Made by a program: the position numbers and the translations under genes. Under the pieces are notes generated by a model, which saw only the letters and a list, made by a program, of their open reading frames with translations, searched no databases and was not told where the DNA came from. This document shows positions 29,510 to 39,070 of a DNA stretch of 64,000 nt, one piece after another. The stretch covers positions 153,771-217,770 of the forward strand of contig JBAZBR010000001.1 of assembly GCA_041671325.1 (NCBI GenBank), read 5' to 3'. Origin of the DNA: Patescibacteria group bacterium. GTDB lineage: Bacteria; Patescibacteriota; Patescibacteriia; PEXW01. How positions within the stretch are numbered: position 1 is the first letter of the stretch; each line of letters begins with the position of its first letter.

Positions 29510-30548
29510 CAGTTATTTTTTCAATATCGCCATCCATAATGCTGTTAATATTATGAAAGTTTTCATTCAAACGGTGATCGGTTATACGGTCTTGGGGGAA
29601 ATTATAGGTCCGGATTTTTTCACTGCGGTCGCCACTGCCGACTTGGCTTTTCCTGATGCGGGAATCTTCGATGCGTTTTTTTTCTTGTTGCATGTCAAAA
29701 ACCCTGGCCCGCAAGACTTCCATGGCTTTCTCCCTATTTTGTTTTTGCGACCTTTCGTCTTGGCATTTGACTACAATGCCAGTAGGAATATGGGTCATCC
29801 TGACAGCGGAGTAGGTAGTGTTAACAGATTGGCCGCCATGCCCAGAAGAAGTCGTTACTTCAAGTTTTACTTCCTCGGGTTTGATTTGGACATCACCTTC
29901 TTCCACAACTGGAAGGACAGCTACTGTTGAGGTGGAAGTGTGGACCCGACCGCTTTTTTCTGTAGCTGGCACCCTTTGCACGCGATGCACGCCTGATTCT
30001 GTTCTTAGTATGCCATAAGCATCCAAACCGTTTACTTCAAAAATAATTTCTTTATATCCGCCAATGCCTGTCCGGTTAGTATCTAAAATGTGGGTTGACC
30101 AGCCTTGCCTTTCGGCAAAACGGATATACATGCGGGAAAGTTCAGCCGCAAATAAGCCTGACTCATCCCCGCCAGCACCGGCGCGAATTTCAATTATGAC
30201 ATTATGGGAATCCAGCGGGTCTTTTGGTTTTTCAAAATCCAATATTTTTTGGCTTACTTCCTTAAGTTCTTCAACAATTCTCTTTTCTTCATCAGAGCCT
30301 AAACTTACTAACTCCAGATCAGCATCCATTTGCGCGGATTTGGCGTCGACTAGCTGTTTTTCAAGCAAATTTTTTTGAGTTAGCAAGTTTAAACTTTCCA
30401 AAACCTCTTTAAGTTCGCGAGAAAATTTTTGTAAACTTAAAGCGTCACCAGAACTGGCGGCGTTCTGGATTTTTGTTTCTAATTCCTCGCGTTTTTTTAA
30501 TAAGTCAATTTTGTCCATAAATATTTGCTTGCACTGAACGATAGCCAA
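29475..30548 (-). CDS. prfA: peptide chain release factor 1
   Basis: It has a GGQ motif (SGHGGQSVN) and a PAT tripeptide characteristic of RF1. Confidence 0.85.
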   Translation of the reverse strand: MAIVQCKQIFMDKIDLLKKREELETKIQNAASSGDALSLQKFSRELKEVLESLNLLTQKNLLEKQLVDAKSAQMDADLELVSLGSDEEKRIVEELKEVSQKILDFEKPKDPLDSHNVIIEIRAGAGGDESGLFAAELSRMYIRFAERQGWSTHILDTNRTGIGGYKEIIFEVNGLDAYGILRTESGVHRVQRVPATEKSGRVHTSTSTVAVLPVVEEGDVQIKPEEVKLEVTTSSGHGGQSVNTTYSAVRMTHIPTGIVVKCQDERSQKQNREKAMEVLRARVFDMQQEKKRIEDSRIRKSQVGSGDRSEKIRTYNFPQDRITDHRLNENFHNINSIMDGDIEKITVALQKMRRENS

Positions 30549-30587
30549 AAAGCCCCAATAAAAAAATTGAGACTAAGTTTGCCAGGG

Positions 30588-30842
30588 TTATTTTTTTGAC
30601 TTGGTTTTTTTTTGCGCTAATCTCGAAGTTACTTTAGCGGTTGATTTCTCTTTCAAACGCTTAAACCTCTCAACCCGGCCTTGGGTATCAACAACCTTTT
30701 GTTTGCCCGTAAAAAGCGGATGGCAATTGGAACAAACTTCCACGTGAAGCTCTTTTTGGGTGGAACCCGTAGTAAAGCTATGGCCGCAACCGCAAATAAC
30801 CTTGGCGTCAGTATGGTATTCTGGGTGGATTTTTTTCTTCAT
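30588..30842 (-). CDS. rpmE: 50S ribosomal protein L31
   Basis: It has the zinc-ribbon CGCGH...CSNCH and MKKKIHPEY. Confidence 0.85.
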   Translation of the reverse strand: MKKKIHPEYHTDAKVICGCGHSFTTGSTQKELHVEVCSNCHPLFTGKQKVVDTQGRVERFKRLKEKSTAKVTSRLAQKKTKSKK

Positions 30843-30982
30843 AAGTTCGTCAAATATAACACATTCCTAATATCCGTCAAGTCTGGGTTGGATAAGCAAA
30901 GAGTTTGATTTTGTTGCTGCGCTATTGTAGTATATTTTGAAGTGCAGTTCTTTTAAAAAACAGTTATATTAAGGCGGAGACA

Positions 30983-31837
30983 ATGAAAATAGAGAAAGCT
31001 ATTGAATCAGCGAGGTTGTACTTAAATGCGCAAGTAAATGATGGTTTTTGTTTAGAGTTTCATCAACTCCGGAACGGCCCAAGTATTGCATGGACAACTG
31101 CTTGAGTAGGTTCCACACTTTCTGAATTTCATGCTATTCCTCAAGGAATGCTTGAGGCGGTATTGTCTTTACAACAAAAGGATTGTGGCGGTTGGTCATA
31201 TAATCAGCACGTTGTACCTGACGCTGACACTACATTAAGGGTTCTTCAATTTCTGGGTAAGGCAGGATTCAATAACGAAGTTATAATTAACAGAGCTGAA
31301 CAATTCGTTATTGCTCATCAACAAGCCGATGGGGGTATAGCAACCTACTTGCCCGATATGGTTACAGCCATGGGTTACCCCGAAGGCGGATGGACGGTCT
31401 CACACCCTTGCGTTACCGCCCTGGCCAGTCGTATTTTGCGAAATGAACAAGCGAAGCAAAAAGCACGTCAATACTTAGATATACGACTTGCCAATGGTGA
31501 TACCCGAGCGTATTGGTGGAAAACACCATGGTATGTCAGATATGAATCTGGGTTTATTAACGGGGAAAGTTTCAGTAATGATCCAGTCGAACTTTCATTA
31601 GTGCTTCTTTTAAAGGCACGCTATAGCTTAGCCGACAGAAAGCTACTCGTGAGCTTGAAGAATTTACAGCTTGATGATGGTAGCTGGCCGGCTAGTCGAC
31701 AGTTTCGAATTCCTCGGCCTAATCAGTTTCTTGAAGATATCAACGAAGGAACTGAGTTAGTTGAAGATCGGACAAGAATTTTTTCAACCGCAGCCGCAGT
31801 AGTAGCAATCTCTCGCCAAAAGGCACTTCTTAATTGA
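30983..31837 (+). pseudogene. prenyltransferase/terpene-cyclase-like alpha/alpha-toroid repeat protein, interrupted by an in-frame TGA at 31103-31105. The downstream 31148..31837 ORF may be expressed alone.
   Basis: QxxDGGW-type repeats are present (QQKDCGGWSY, HQQADGGIATY, LQLDDGSWPAS). The upstream 40-codon ORF with the ribosome-binding site AAGGCGGA is in the same frame. Confidence 0.5.
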
Positions 31838-32032
31838 GGCGCCTTTTTATATGTGTTAAATTTATTAAGTGAGCCCTTGCCAGAAATTAAGCTTTATGTT
31901 AAAGTCTAGCAAGTTATTATTAATATCTCTCATACGCCCCCTCTAGCAAGAGTTTAATTGTTTCCTGCCTTAAATCATTAAGGTTAACAATTAAGAAAGG
32001 CGTAGCGGAAATTTAAAGAAAGGATTATTTTT

Positions 32033-32731
32033 ATGCATGAGGTCACTCTCCTCGAAATGCTCCAAAAGGGCGTGCATTTTGGACATCAAGAATCAAGATG
32101 GAGCCCAAAAATGAAGCCATTCATTTTTACGTCCCGTAATGGCATTCATATCATTAATTTGGAAGCAACGCGGGATAGAATGAAAGTCGCGGCTGAATTT
32201 GCTGCCTCGATTGCCAAATCAGGCGGCAAGATTTTATTTGTCGGCACTAAAAGACAGGCCAAAGCCATAATCAAGAAATACGCTGAAACATGCGGCATGC
32301 CTTTTATGGTTGAAAGGTGGGTTGGTGGGGCGTTAACAAACTTTTCGACAATCCACGAATTGATAAAGAAATTAAAGCGGCTTAAAAGCGAGCAGATTGC
32401 TGGGTTATTGGATAAATACACCAAGAAAGAGCAATTGAACATAAACAAGGAAATTGTGAAATTACAGAACGAAATTGGCGGCATGGAAATGCTTGACCAG
32501 GTTCCCCAAGCGATATTCATAGTTGATTCTACTAAAGAAAGGACGGCCTTGCGTGAAGCTAGAAAAATGAAAATTCCAGTTATCGCAATTTGCGATACAA
32601 ATAGCAATCCAGATATAATTGATTTTCCAATACCTGCTAATGATGACGCCACAAAATCAATTGATTTTATAGCTGGTTATATCTGTGAAGCAATTCAAGA
32701 AGGCAAGTCAAATCAGGCTCAAACCGTCTAA
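32033..32731 (+). CDS. rpsB: 30S ribosomal protein S2
   Basis: The N-terminal LLEMLQKGVHFGHQESRWSPKM segment matches S2. Confidence 0.9.
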   Translation: MHEVTLLEMLQKGVHFGHQESRWSPKMKPFIFTSRNGIHIINLEATRDRMKVAAEFAASIAKSGGKILFVGTKRQAKAIIKKYAETCGMPFMVERWVGGALTNFSTIHELIKKLKRLKSEQIAGLLDKYTKKEQLNINKEIVKLQNEIGGMEMLDQVPQAIFIVDSTKERTALREARKMKIPVIAICDTNSNPDIIDFPIPANDDATKSIDFIAGYICEAIQEGKSNQAQTV

Positions 32732-32743
32732 GTTTATAAAAAA

Positions 32744-33335
32744 TATGACAAATATTTCAATTAATAATGTCCAACAATTAAGAGAAAAAACTGGAGTGGG
32801 CGTGATGGCCGCCAAAAAAGCCCTGGAAGAAAGCGGGGGAGATGTTGAGAAAGCAGTGACGGTTTTGCGCAAAGCCGGGCAAAAAATTGCTGAAAAAAAG
32901 CAAAATCGCCAGACTCATGAAGGCGTGGTTGGAACGTACTTGCATTCCAACAAAAAACTTTTAGCTGCAGTGGCGGTGGCTTGCGAAACGGATTTTGTTG
33001 CGCTGACCGACCCCTTTCAAGAATTAGCCCATGATTTAGCCATGCACGTGGCGGCTATGAACCCGGAATATTTAGGCCCAGAAAATGTACCCGCTGACTT
33101 GGTTAATAAAGAAAAAGAAATTGCTAAAGCCCAAGCAATCAGCGAAGGCAAATCCGTAAAAATCATTGAGAATATCGTTAGCGGCAAGCTTAATAAATTT
33201 TTTGAAGAGAAGTGTTTACTGAAGCAAAAGTTTTTTAAAGACGATGAAAAGACCATCGAACAGGTAATCCAAGAAGCAATTCAGAAGTTAGGTGAAAACA
33301 TCAAAATAAAAGAATTTATCCGTTTTACTATTTAA
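32744..33335 (+). CDS. tsf: elongation factor Ts (short form)
   Basis: The N-terminus ISINNVQQLREKTGVGVMAAKKALEESGGDVEKAV carries the UBA-like domain. The likely start is the ATG at 32744. Confidence 0.85.
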
Positions 33336-33340
33336 TTTTT

Positions 33341-34231
33341 ATGTTAATTGACTGGATTGCGCTTGCTATTTTTGGGCTTTGTATGGTAATCTGCGCGGTT
33401 ATTATTTGGCGCAAGCTTCCAACTTTAGCCAGTATAAAAACCGAAGCAATTCCTAAACATCAGCAAGCTGCCCAAAAGAAGGCGCTCTTAGATAAGAGAT
33501 TACAAGATAAACTAGGCAGTTTTGAAACCGCAGTAATAAAAGTCTTTAAATTAATTTACCTGAATTTACAGAAATTCTTTAGAAATTTACTTAAATATCT
33601 GAAAGTTCGGGAAAGTGAATATCGCCGCAAAGTAATCACTCAAAAGGCAATTGAAAATCCCGATGCCTTAAGGGCAAAAATTGTAACTGCCCTGAATGAG
33701 GCTCAAATAAATTTAAAACAGAATGATCTGGAAAAAGCCGAGCAAATATTTGTTGATGTGATAAGTATGGATGCAAAAAATATAGACGCTTATTTGGGTT
33801 TATCTGATGTGGCAATGTCAAAAAAAGATTATGCAAATGCCAAGGAAGCTTTAAATTTTGTTTTAAAACTGCATCAAGATAATGAAGCGGCTTATAGCCG
33901 GCTTGGCAGGATTGCTTCGGATGAAGGAAACTTCAATGAAGCTGAAGCTGATTATTTAAAATCAATATCCCTGAATGCTTCCATGGCCAATGCGCAATTT
34001 GAATTGGGGAGTGTTGAAGAAAAACTTGGCAATTACGAGAAAGCAGAACAGGCTTTTTCTGAATCAGTAAAATTAGAGCCTGCCAACCCAAAATATTTAG
34101 ATGGATTAATACAGTTTGCCATTAGACAAAAAAATAAAAATTTAGCCAAAGAAACCTTGAAAAAATTAAAAGAAGCTAATCCAGAAAATGAAAAAATTGA
34201 TGAGTTATCAGAAAACATTAAAACAATTTAA
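33341..34231 (+). CDS. TPR-repeat protein with an N-terminal TM anchor
   Basis: It has a TM helix followed by several 34-residue A/Y/L-pattern repeats. Confidence 0.55.
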   Translation: MLIDWIALAIFGLCMVICAVIIWRKLPTLASIKTEAIPKHQQAAQKKALLDKRLQDKLGSFETAVIKVFKLIYLNLQKFFRNLLKYLKVRESEYRRKVITQKAIENPDALRAKIVTALNEAQINLKQNDLEKAEQIFVDVISMDAKNIDAYLGLSDVAMSKKDYANAKEALNFVLKLHQDNEAAYSRLGRIASDEGNFNEAEADYLKSISLNASMANAQFELGSVEEKLGNYEKAEQAFSESVKLEPANPKYLDGLIQFAIRQKNKNLAKETLKKLKEANPENEKIDELSENIKTI

Positions 34232-34257
34232 ATAATTTGTTTTCTCCCGCCACCTCT

Positions 34258-34333
34258 GCCGTTGTAGCTCAGCTGGTAGAGCAACTCCATGGTAAGGAGT
34301 AGGTCGCCGGTTCAATTCCGGCCAACGGCTCCA
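34258..34333 (+). tRNA. tRNA-Thr (anticodon GGT)
   Basis: The cloverleaf was folded by hand, with acceptor stem gccgttg/caacggc and anticodon loop aTGGTaa. A CCA end is encoded. It is enclosed by a 17-bp inverted repeat (34241-34257 / 34333-34349). Confidence 0.85.
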
Positions 34334-34444
34334 GAGGTGGCGGGAGAAATTACGCAACGGTTTTGTCCCGCACATTATAAATTCAATAGTTGTAAACGGG
34401 ATCTTCGAAATTGCATCAAAATTTGCCAGCGTAGCTCAGCTGGT

Positions 34445-34688
34445 ACCCCGCACAACTCACTACGTTCGTTTGCGGGGCAGGGAGCAACGGTTTTGTCTCC
34501 CTTCGGGAGATGTCCCGTAGGGACATAAACCTTGAAAAATAATTAGTTTTAAACCCGAGCCGCCCTAGCTCAGTGGTAGAGCAACTGTTTTGTAAACAGT
34601 AGGTCGTCAGTTCGACTCTGACGGGCGGCTCCAAACCCGGCGGGCAGAAACCGTAGGTCGTCCCGCGGCCGCGGGACCGCTGGCTCCA
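34445..34688 (+). pseudogene. degenerate tRNA-Thr(TGT)-like gene with hairpin insertions in the D-loop, anticodon loop and T-loop. The intact tRNA-Thr(TGT) is nested inside its anticodon-loop insertion.
   Basis: The 5' half gccagcgtagctcagctggta...gagcaacggttttgt and the 3' half aaaccgtaggtcgtc[ccgcggccgcgggac]cgctggctcca pair as acceptor and anticodon stems. Confidence 0.55.
34559..34633 (+). tRNA. tRNA-Thr (anticodon TGT)
   Basis: The cloverleaf was folded by hand, with anticodon loop ttTGTaa. A CCA end is encoded. Confidence 0.85.
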
Positions 34689-34830
34689 CGCGTCATCGCT
34701 TGTTCCACCCTTCGTGTACTCGAATTGTCGAGTCCACTGCGGGTTCCACAAGCGTGCCGCTTTCCCCAAATTTTTCTTTGAAAAATTTGGGGCTCCAATT
34801 CATTAATTTCAATAATTCAATTATTATCCT

Positions 34831-34986
34831 ATGTCACAAGAAAATCTTATCAAGTTAGAATGTACGGTTTGCAAGCACGTGAATTATCATTCAAAAAAGA
34901 ACAAAAAAACTTTGAAAAAACGTTTGGAATTGAAGAAACACTGTTCATGGTGCGAAAAGCATACTTTACACAAGGAAACTAAATAA
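34831..34986 (+). CDS. rpmG: 50S ribosomal protein L33 (zinc-ribbon form, 51 aa). It is not in the ORF track because it is under 60 aa.
   Basis: The ORF was read directly as [51 protein letters not shown], with CxxC...CxxC and a KKRLELKK segment. Confidence 0.7.
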   Translation: MSQENLIKLECTVCKHVNYHSKKNKKTLKKRLELKKHCSWCEKHTLHKETK

Positions 34987-34992
34987 TTGGAT

Positions 34993-35083
34993 GGGGGAAT
35001 AGTTCAGCGGTAGAACAGCGGTCTCCCCGCCTTCCACGCCCGACGTACCAGACGCACTCTGGCGGGGACGGGTCGGAGTACGG
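34993..35083 (+). pseudogene. degenerate tRNA 5' fragment (tRNA-Trp-like) with a GC-rich hairpin insertion after the anticodon
   Basis: gggggaatagttcagcggtagaacagcggtctcc parallels the intact tRNA-Trp 5' half. It is followed by the insert ccgcc...ggcgg and has no T-arm or acceptor 3' strand. Confidence 0.5.
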
Positions 35084-35108
35084 AAATTATATTATATTGC
35101 TAGTTGAT

Positions 35109-35182
35109 GGGGGCGTAGTTCAACAGTAGAACTTCGGTCTCCAAAACCGGTAACGAGGGTGCGACACCTTCCGCCCCCGCCA
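35109..35182 (+). tRNA. tRNA-Trp (anticodon CCA)
   Basis: The cloverleaf was folded by hand, with anticodon loop ctCCAaa. A CCA end is encoded. The T-loop tgcgaca is non-canonical. Confidence 0.75.
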
Positions 35183-35238
35183 ACTAGCGGTATACATGAT
35201 ATTATTCCTATTTTTTCTATATTTTTTAACAAAAATTA

Positions 35239-36609
35239 ATGCAACTTACAATATTATTTTTCATACTGTATATTGCCGTTGTAGTAATAATCGGTGTAAT
35301 ATCTTCACGAAAAGAGACTGAAGACGGTTTTATGATCGCAGAAAGGAAGGTGTCTGGTATCCAGGTTGCTGCCACAATGAGCGCTGGTTTTTTTGACGGT
35401 GCAACACTCGCGGTATATCTTGCGTATATTTACCTATACGGAATGTCGGCGGCATGGCTCTTTGTTGGTTTAGCCATTGGCTTTATTCTTTTGCGCCGTC
35501 GATATGCGCTGATAATAAAGAAAAGGGCGGATGAAATGCATGTGTACTCTATGCCTGAATATTTTTATAAAATTTTTGGGAAAAGAACTGGTTTAATGTT
35601 CACATTTTTACTAGTTCTGCAGTATTTTCTTCTGCTAATAGTAAACTTCATAATCGCTGGCAAAGTATTGTCATTAATTTTCCCTGTATCTTATTTCATT
35701 TCGGTAATGATCGGAGGTGCTGTAATCCTTACTTATCTTTTACTCGCCGGTTTTAAAGCCGTTATTAAAACAGACTTTTTTCAGTTAATAATAATGTTTA
35801 TAATGAGTTTAACAGTAGCAATATTCTTGTTTGGTAAAACCAATATACCAATTTCTGATTTTAGACCTTTTACTTTAGGAGTTGGCAATTTAGTAGGATT
35901 TTTACTGTTAGGATGTGTAGGAATAATGGTCGCACCCGACCTTTGGCAACGTATTTTCGCTACCAAAGATGAAATTAACCTCAAACGAGGATTGGGTTAT
36001 TCCGCAATCATCTTGCCATTACTTGCTATCATTATTAGTATTGTTGGTCTTGCAACTAAACAATTCTTTCCAAATATTGTCCCTGAAAATGCACTTATTA
36101 CAGGGTTCTCTGAGTTATTACCCTTTGGGCTTAAGGAGTTTGGCATTGTCCTGTTATATGCCGTCGCCCTTTCGTCGTCGGACACTATCACTTTCTTAGT
36201 ATCATCAATCTTTACCAGAGATTTGAAAAATTACACTAAACGGTTTGGCGAAGAATCAATGAAAAAACTTACTCGATTTTTCATGATAGTATTCGTATTA
36301 GTTGCCGTTCTTATTGCTATATTCTATCAAAACATTGTTGCCCTCGGTCTATCATTGGGCAGTTTAAGTTTGGCCTTATTCCCTGTCATTCTCGGCACCT
36401 TTTATTGGAAGCTAAACGAACGTGCGGTTTATTGGAGCTTGTTGATAGCTTTTCTGAGCGTTGTCGCAGTATTTTTAGCTGATGCTGTGAATCCGCAAAA
36501 TGTGGCAATTTCTCTACCTGTTGCGGTCATTAGTCTGTTTATCCTTAACAAAATTTTTAAGAAAAAAGAAAGAATAACCTCTGCGCCTAAAGTTACAATG
36601 ACTTTGTAG
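35239..36609 (+). CDS. sodium:solute symporter (SSS) family transporter
   Basis: It is a roughly 13-TM protein of 456 aa with an SSS-like N-terminal region. It lies between tRNA-Trp and a 29-nt repeat of the tRNA 3' part. Confidence 0.5.
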   Translation: MQLTILFFILYIAVVVIIGVISSRKETEDGFMIAERKVSGIQVAATMSAGFFDGATLAVYLAYIYLYGMSAAWLFVGLAIGFILLRRRYALIIKKRADEMHVYSMPEYFYKIFGKRTGLMFTFLLVLQYFLLLIVNFIIAGKVLSLIFPVSYFISVMIGGAVILTYLLLAGFKAVIKTDFFQLIIMFIMSLTVAIFLFGKTNIPISDFRPFTLGVGNLVGFLLLGCVGIMVAPDLWQRIFATKDEINLKRGLGYSAIILPLLAIIISIVGLATKQFFPNIVPENALITGFSELLPFGLKEFGIVLLYAVALSSSDTITFLVSSIFTRDLKNYTKRFGEESMKKLTRFFMIVFVLVAVLIAIFYQNIVALGLSLGSLSLALFPVILGTFYWKLNERAVYWSLLIAFLSVVAVFLADAVNPQNVAISLPVAVISLFILNKIFKKKERITSAPKVTMTL

Positions 36610-36661
36610 AAAACGTGGGCATTATCCAATATCACGGTACTATATCTGCCAAGCGGGCATG

Positions 36662-36690
36662 CAAAACCGGTAACGAGGGTGCGACACCTT
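36662..36690 (+). repeat. 29-nt perfect direct repeat of the tRNA-Trp 3' part (caaaaccggtaacgagggtgcgacacctt), equal to 35142-35170. It looks like an att-site scar.
   Basis: The exact match was read directly. Confidence 0.8.
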
Positions 36691-36721
36691 TTGCTCCTGT
36701 TGCATAACTATATCGAAATTT

Positions 36722-37318
36722 ATGTTACCAAAAATAATTCTTTTTGATGTCGGCAATGTGGTTATCGATGCCGATCAAGCAATTACTCATAAACTTCTTC
36801 AAAGTTTGGGTGTTCCAAAGGAACAGTCCGAATTATTTTATAAGAATAAGGAATACTTTGAGTTTAGCCGCGGTAATATTTGCGGGCAGGATTTTTATAA
36901 ATCCTTAATTAATGAGTATTTAAAAATTCCGCTCTCTTACGAGCAGGTGGTAAACGCCCACAACCAACATATTTATGGAGTTAATGAAAACGTTATTCAA
37001 ACCATTAAGGGCTTATCAAAGTACACAATTTTATTTGCGACAGATACCAACGAGTGGCAAACCGCCAGAGAGAAGGAGTTAATAAACTTGAAATTATATA
37101 GCCAACATATTTTTAGATCTCACGAATTACATAAGTTAAAAGTGGATGATGGATTCTTTGAGGGTATTCTTGAATTTCTTAACATTAATTCAGCCGAGGT
37201 TCTTTTTATCGATGATGATCCGCAAAAGTTAAATATGGCGATAAGACAGGGTTTGGAAGGGTTAATTTTTGAAAATAATCTTCAATTGAAACAATCTTTA
37301 AGCAATTTGGGTATTTAA
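36722..37318 (+). CDS. HAD-superfamily hydrolase
   Basis: It has motif I ILFDVGNVVID, motif II ILFATDTN and motif IV LFIDDD. Confidence 0.55.
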   Translation: MLPKIILFDVGNVVIDADQAITHKLLQSLGVPKEQSELFYKNKEYFEFSRGNICGQDFYKSLINEYLKIPLSYEQVVNAHNQHIYGVNENVIQTIKGLSKYTILFATDTNEWQTAREKELINLKLYSQHIFRSHELHKLKVDDGFFEGILEFLNINSAEVLFIDDDPQKLNMAIRQGLEGLIFENNLQLKQSLSNLGI

Positions 37319-37448
37319 GGCTTATTTAGAAATGAATTTAAAATAACCTGTTTGTCAATTAATACCGCCAAGAAAGCGGTTTTTTTGTTAGTGTTGACGG
37401 AATTTCATTATTGTGTGAAAATAAAAAAGCTACAATGCTTACCTTAAG

Positions 37449-37859
37449 ATGCGAAATCAACATCAAAAACAATTCCTAAAGCGGGTTTTAACCTCAAGAG
37501 GTATAATTGTTTTTGAGGTTTTAATTATAGCTTTTTTACTTATTGGCATTTCTAAGGAAATTATCAGGCGAGTTTCATTAAGGCAGGAAATAACGACCCT
37601 AGAAAAGCAAATTACCGAACTTGAATCGCAAAACCGAAGCTTGGGAGAATATGTAGCCTCGATAAATACCGAAAGTTTTAAAGAAAAAGAGGCGCGGAAG
37701 CGCTTAAACCTTCAAAAACCCGGAGAATCTTTACTAATCTTGCCGGAAACCAAGAGTTTATCAAATGAAACACCAGAAAATTCAATTTCAAACTCCATTG
37801 GAAAAGGAAAGTCGAACCCGCTTCGATGGTGGCGATATTTCTTTACTTCTTCAACTTAA
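37449..37859 (+). CDS. FtsB/DivIC-like septum formation initiator (TM plus coiled coil)
   Basis: It has an N-terminal TM helix and a leucine-zipper coiled coil LRQEITTLEKQITELESQNRSL. Confidence 0.55.
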   Translation: MRNQHQKQFLKRVLTSRGIIVFEVLIIAFLLIGISKEIIRRVSLRQEITTLEKQITELESQNRSLGEYVASINTESFKEKEARKRLNLQKPGESLLILPETKSLSNETPENSISNSIGKGKSNPLRWWRYFFTSST

Positions 37860-37866
37860 TTAATTT

Positions 37867-38955
37867 ATGACCGAAATTCATCCTGATCATGAGGCGGTTC
37901 GAGCAGAGATTGCGGAAGCAAAATTACCCGATCCAGAGCATCATGATTTAAAAAAATTACCTCCTCCGCACATCCATTGGCTTAGAAGGATAGCTATCTG
38001 GCTGGGCGGCTTGGTTGTTTTATTAATCCTGGTTTTTGCCGTAGGCTATTTGCGGTTCAGCTGGCAGAACAAAATATTATTATGGCCAGCCAAAGTTTTG
38101 CCCTATCCAGTCTCAATTGTGGGAGGTGAATGGCTTTCATATTATGATTATCAAGCTGATGTGCCAAATATAACCCAATACGTTGAAAGAAATTCCCCAC
38201 CAGATGCCGAGGTTACCAGAAATATGTCTTTAGACGTTTATTCCCGCAAGATAATCTTGAATAAGATGATTGGCGAGGAAATTATCAATAAAATTGGTCT
38301 AGCCAAAAAATTAACCGTCACCCAGGCTGATATTGATAAAACTTATCAAAATTACGTCACCCAGGCTGGCAGTACTGAAGCAGAAATTTCTGATACTATT
38401 AAAACTTTGTACAACTGGTCGGTGGATGAATTCAAACAAAAATTAATCAGTTCTCAGGTTATCCAGGAAAAATTGGCTGAATCATATTTTGCTGAAGTAA
38501 AAAATCAAGTTGAACAGCTCCGAACGGAAATCCTGAAAGACCCCAAAACTTTTGGTGAAGTTGCAAAAACACAAAGCGATGATACCTCAGCTGCCAAAGG
38601 TGGATTAATTGAGCCTATGAATACTGCTGCCCTTAAGACAGCCTATAGCGATTCGGCCGCGCAGATTGAAAGCCTGAAGGTTGGCGAAATCTCAAACGTT
38701 CTGGAAACCAGCCGAGGTTATGAAATTGTGTATTTGGAAAAGAAGGAAGCGGCAAAAAAAACGGCTGATGGTAATATGTTTACTTTGAGGGTAATTTCCA
38801 AAATGCCGGATTATAATACCTGGATCCAGGATTTAGTTAATGCAGAAATAAAGAAAAGCCGAATTATTGTTTTTGAACCAAGATTCAGATGGGAAGCGGA
38901 CTGCGGTATCTTAACTAAAGCGGAGCCAAGCTGCAAAACTACGGCTAGTAATTAA
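37867..38955 (+). CDS. membrane-anchored PpiC/parvulin-type peptidyl-prolyl isomerase (PrsA/SurA-like foldase)
   Basis: It has a TM anchor and a C-terminal parvulin domain (GGLIEP...GEISNVLETSRGYEIVYL). Confidence 0.55.
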   Translation: MTEIHPDHEAVRAEIAEAKLPDPEHHDLKKLPPPHIHWLRRIAIWLGGLVVLLILVFAVGYLRFSWQNKILLWPAKVLPYPVSIVGGEWLSYYDYQADVPNITQYVERNSPPDAEVTRNMSLDVYSRKIILNKMIGEEIINKIGLAKKLTVTQADIDKTYQNYVTQAGSTEAEISDTIKTLYNWSVDEFKQKLISSQVIQEKLAESYFAEVKNQVEQLRTEILKDPKTFGEVAKTQSDDTSAAKGGLIEPMNTAALKTAYSDSAAQIESLKVGEISNVLETSRGYEIVYLEKKEAAKKTADGNMFTLRVISKMPDYNTWIQDLVNAEIKKSRIIVFEPRFRWEADCGILTKAEPSCKTTASN

Positions 38956-39070
38956 ATTAAGTTTGGATCCCCGCGCGGCGGAACTGGCGCGTGGGGAAGG
39001 CGAGGCTTCGTGCGGAGTCTGGAGTGAGCAAGCGTTAGCGTGCTTACGGAAGGCGAAGCACGAAACGAGC

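Noticed and set aside
30983-31837. Alternative genetic code (UGA read as Gly, code 25) to explain the in-frame TGA
   Set aside because: TGA terminates several well-delimited conserved genes here (metG at 4307-4309, atpG at 13658-13660) with correct lengths, and tRNA-Trp has anticodon CCA. The standard code applies.
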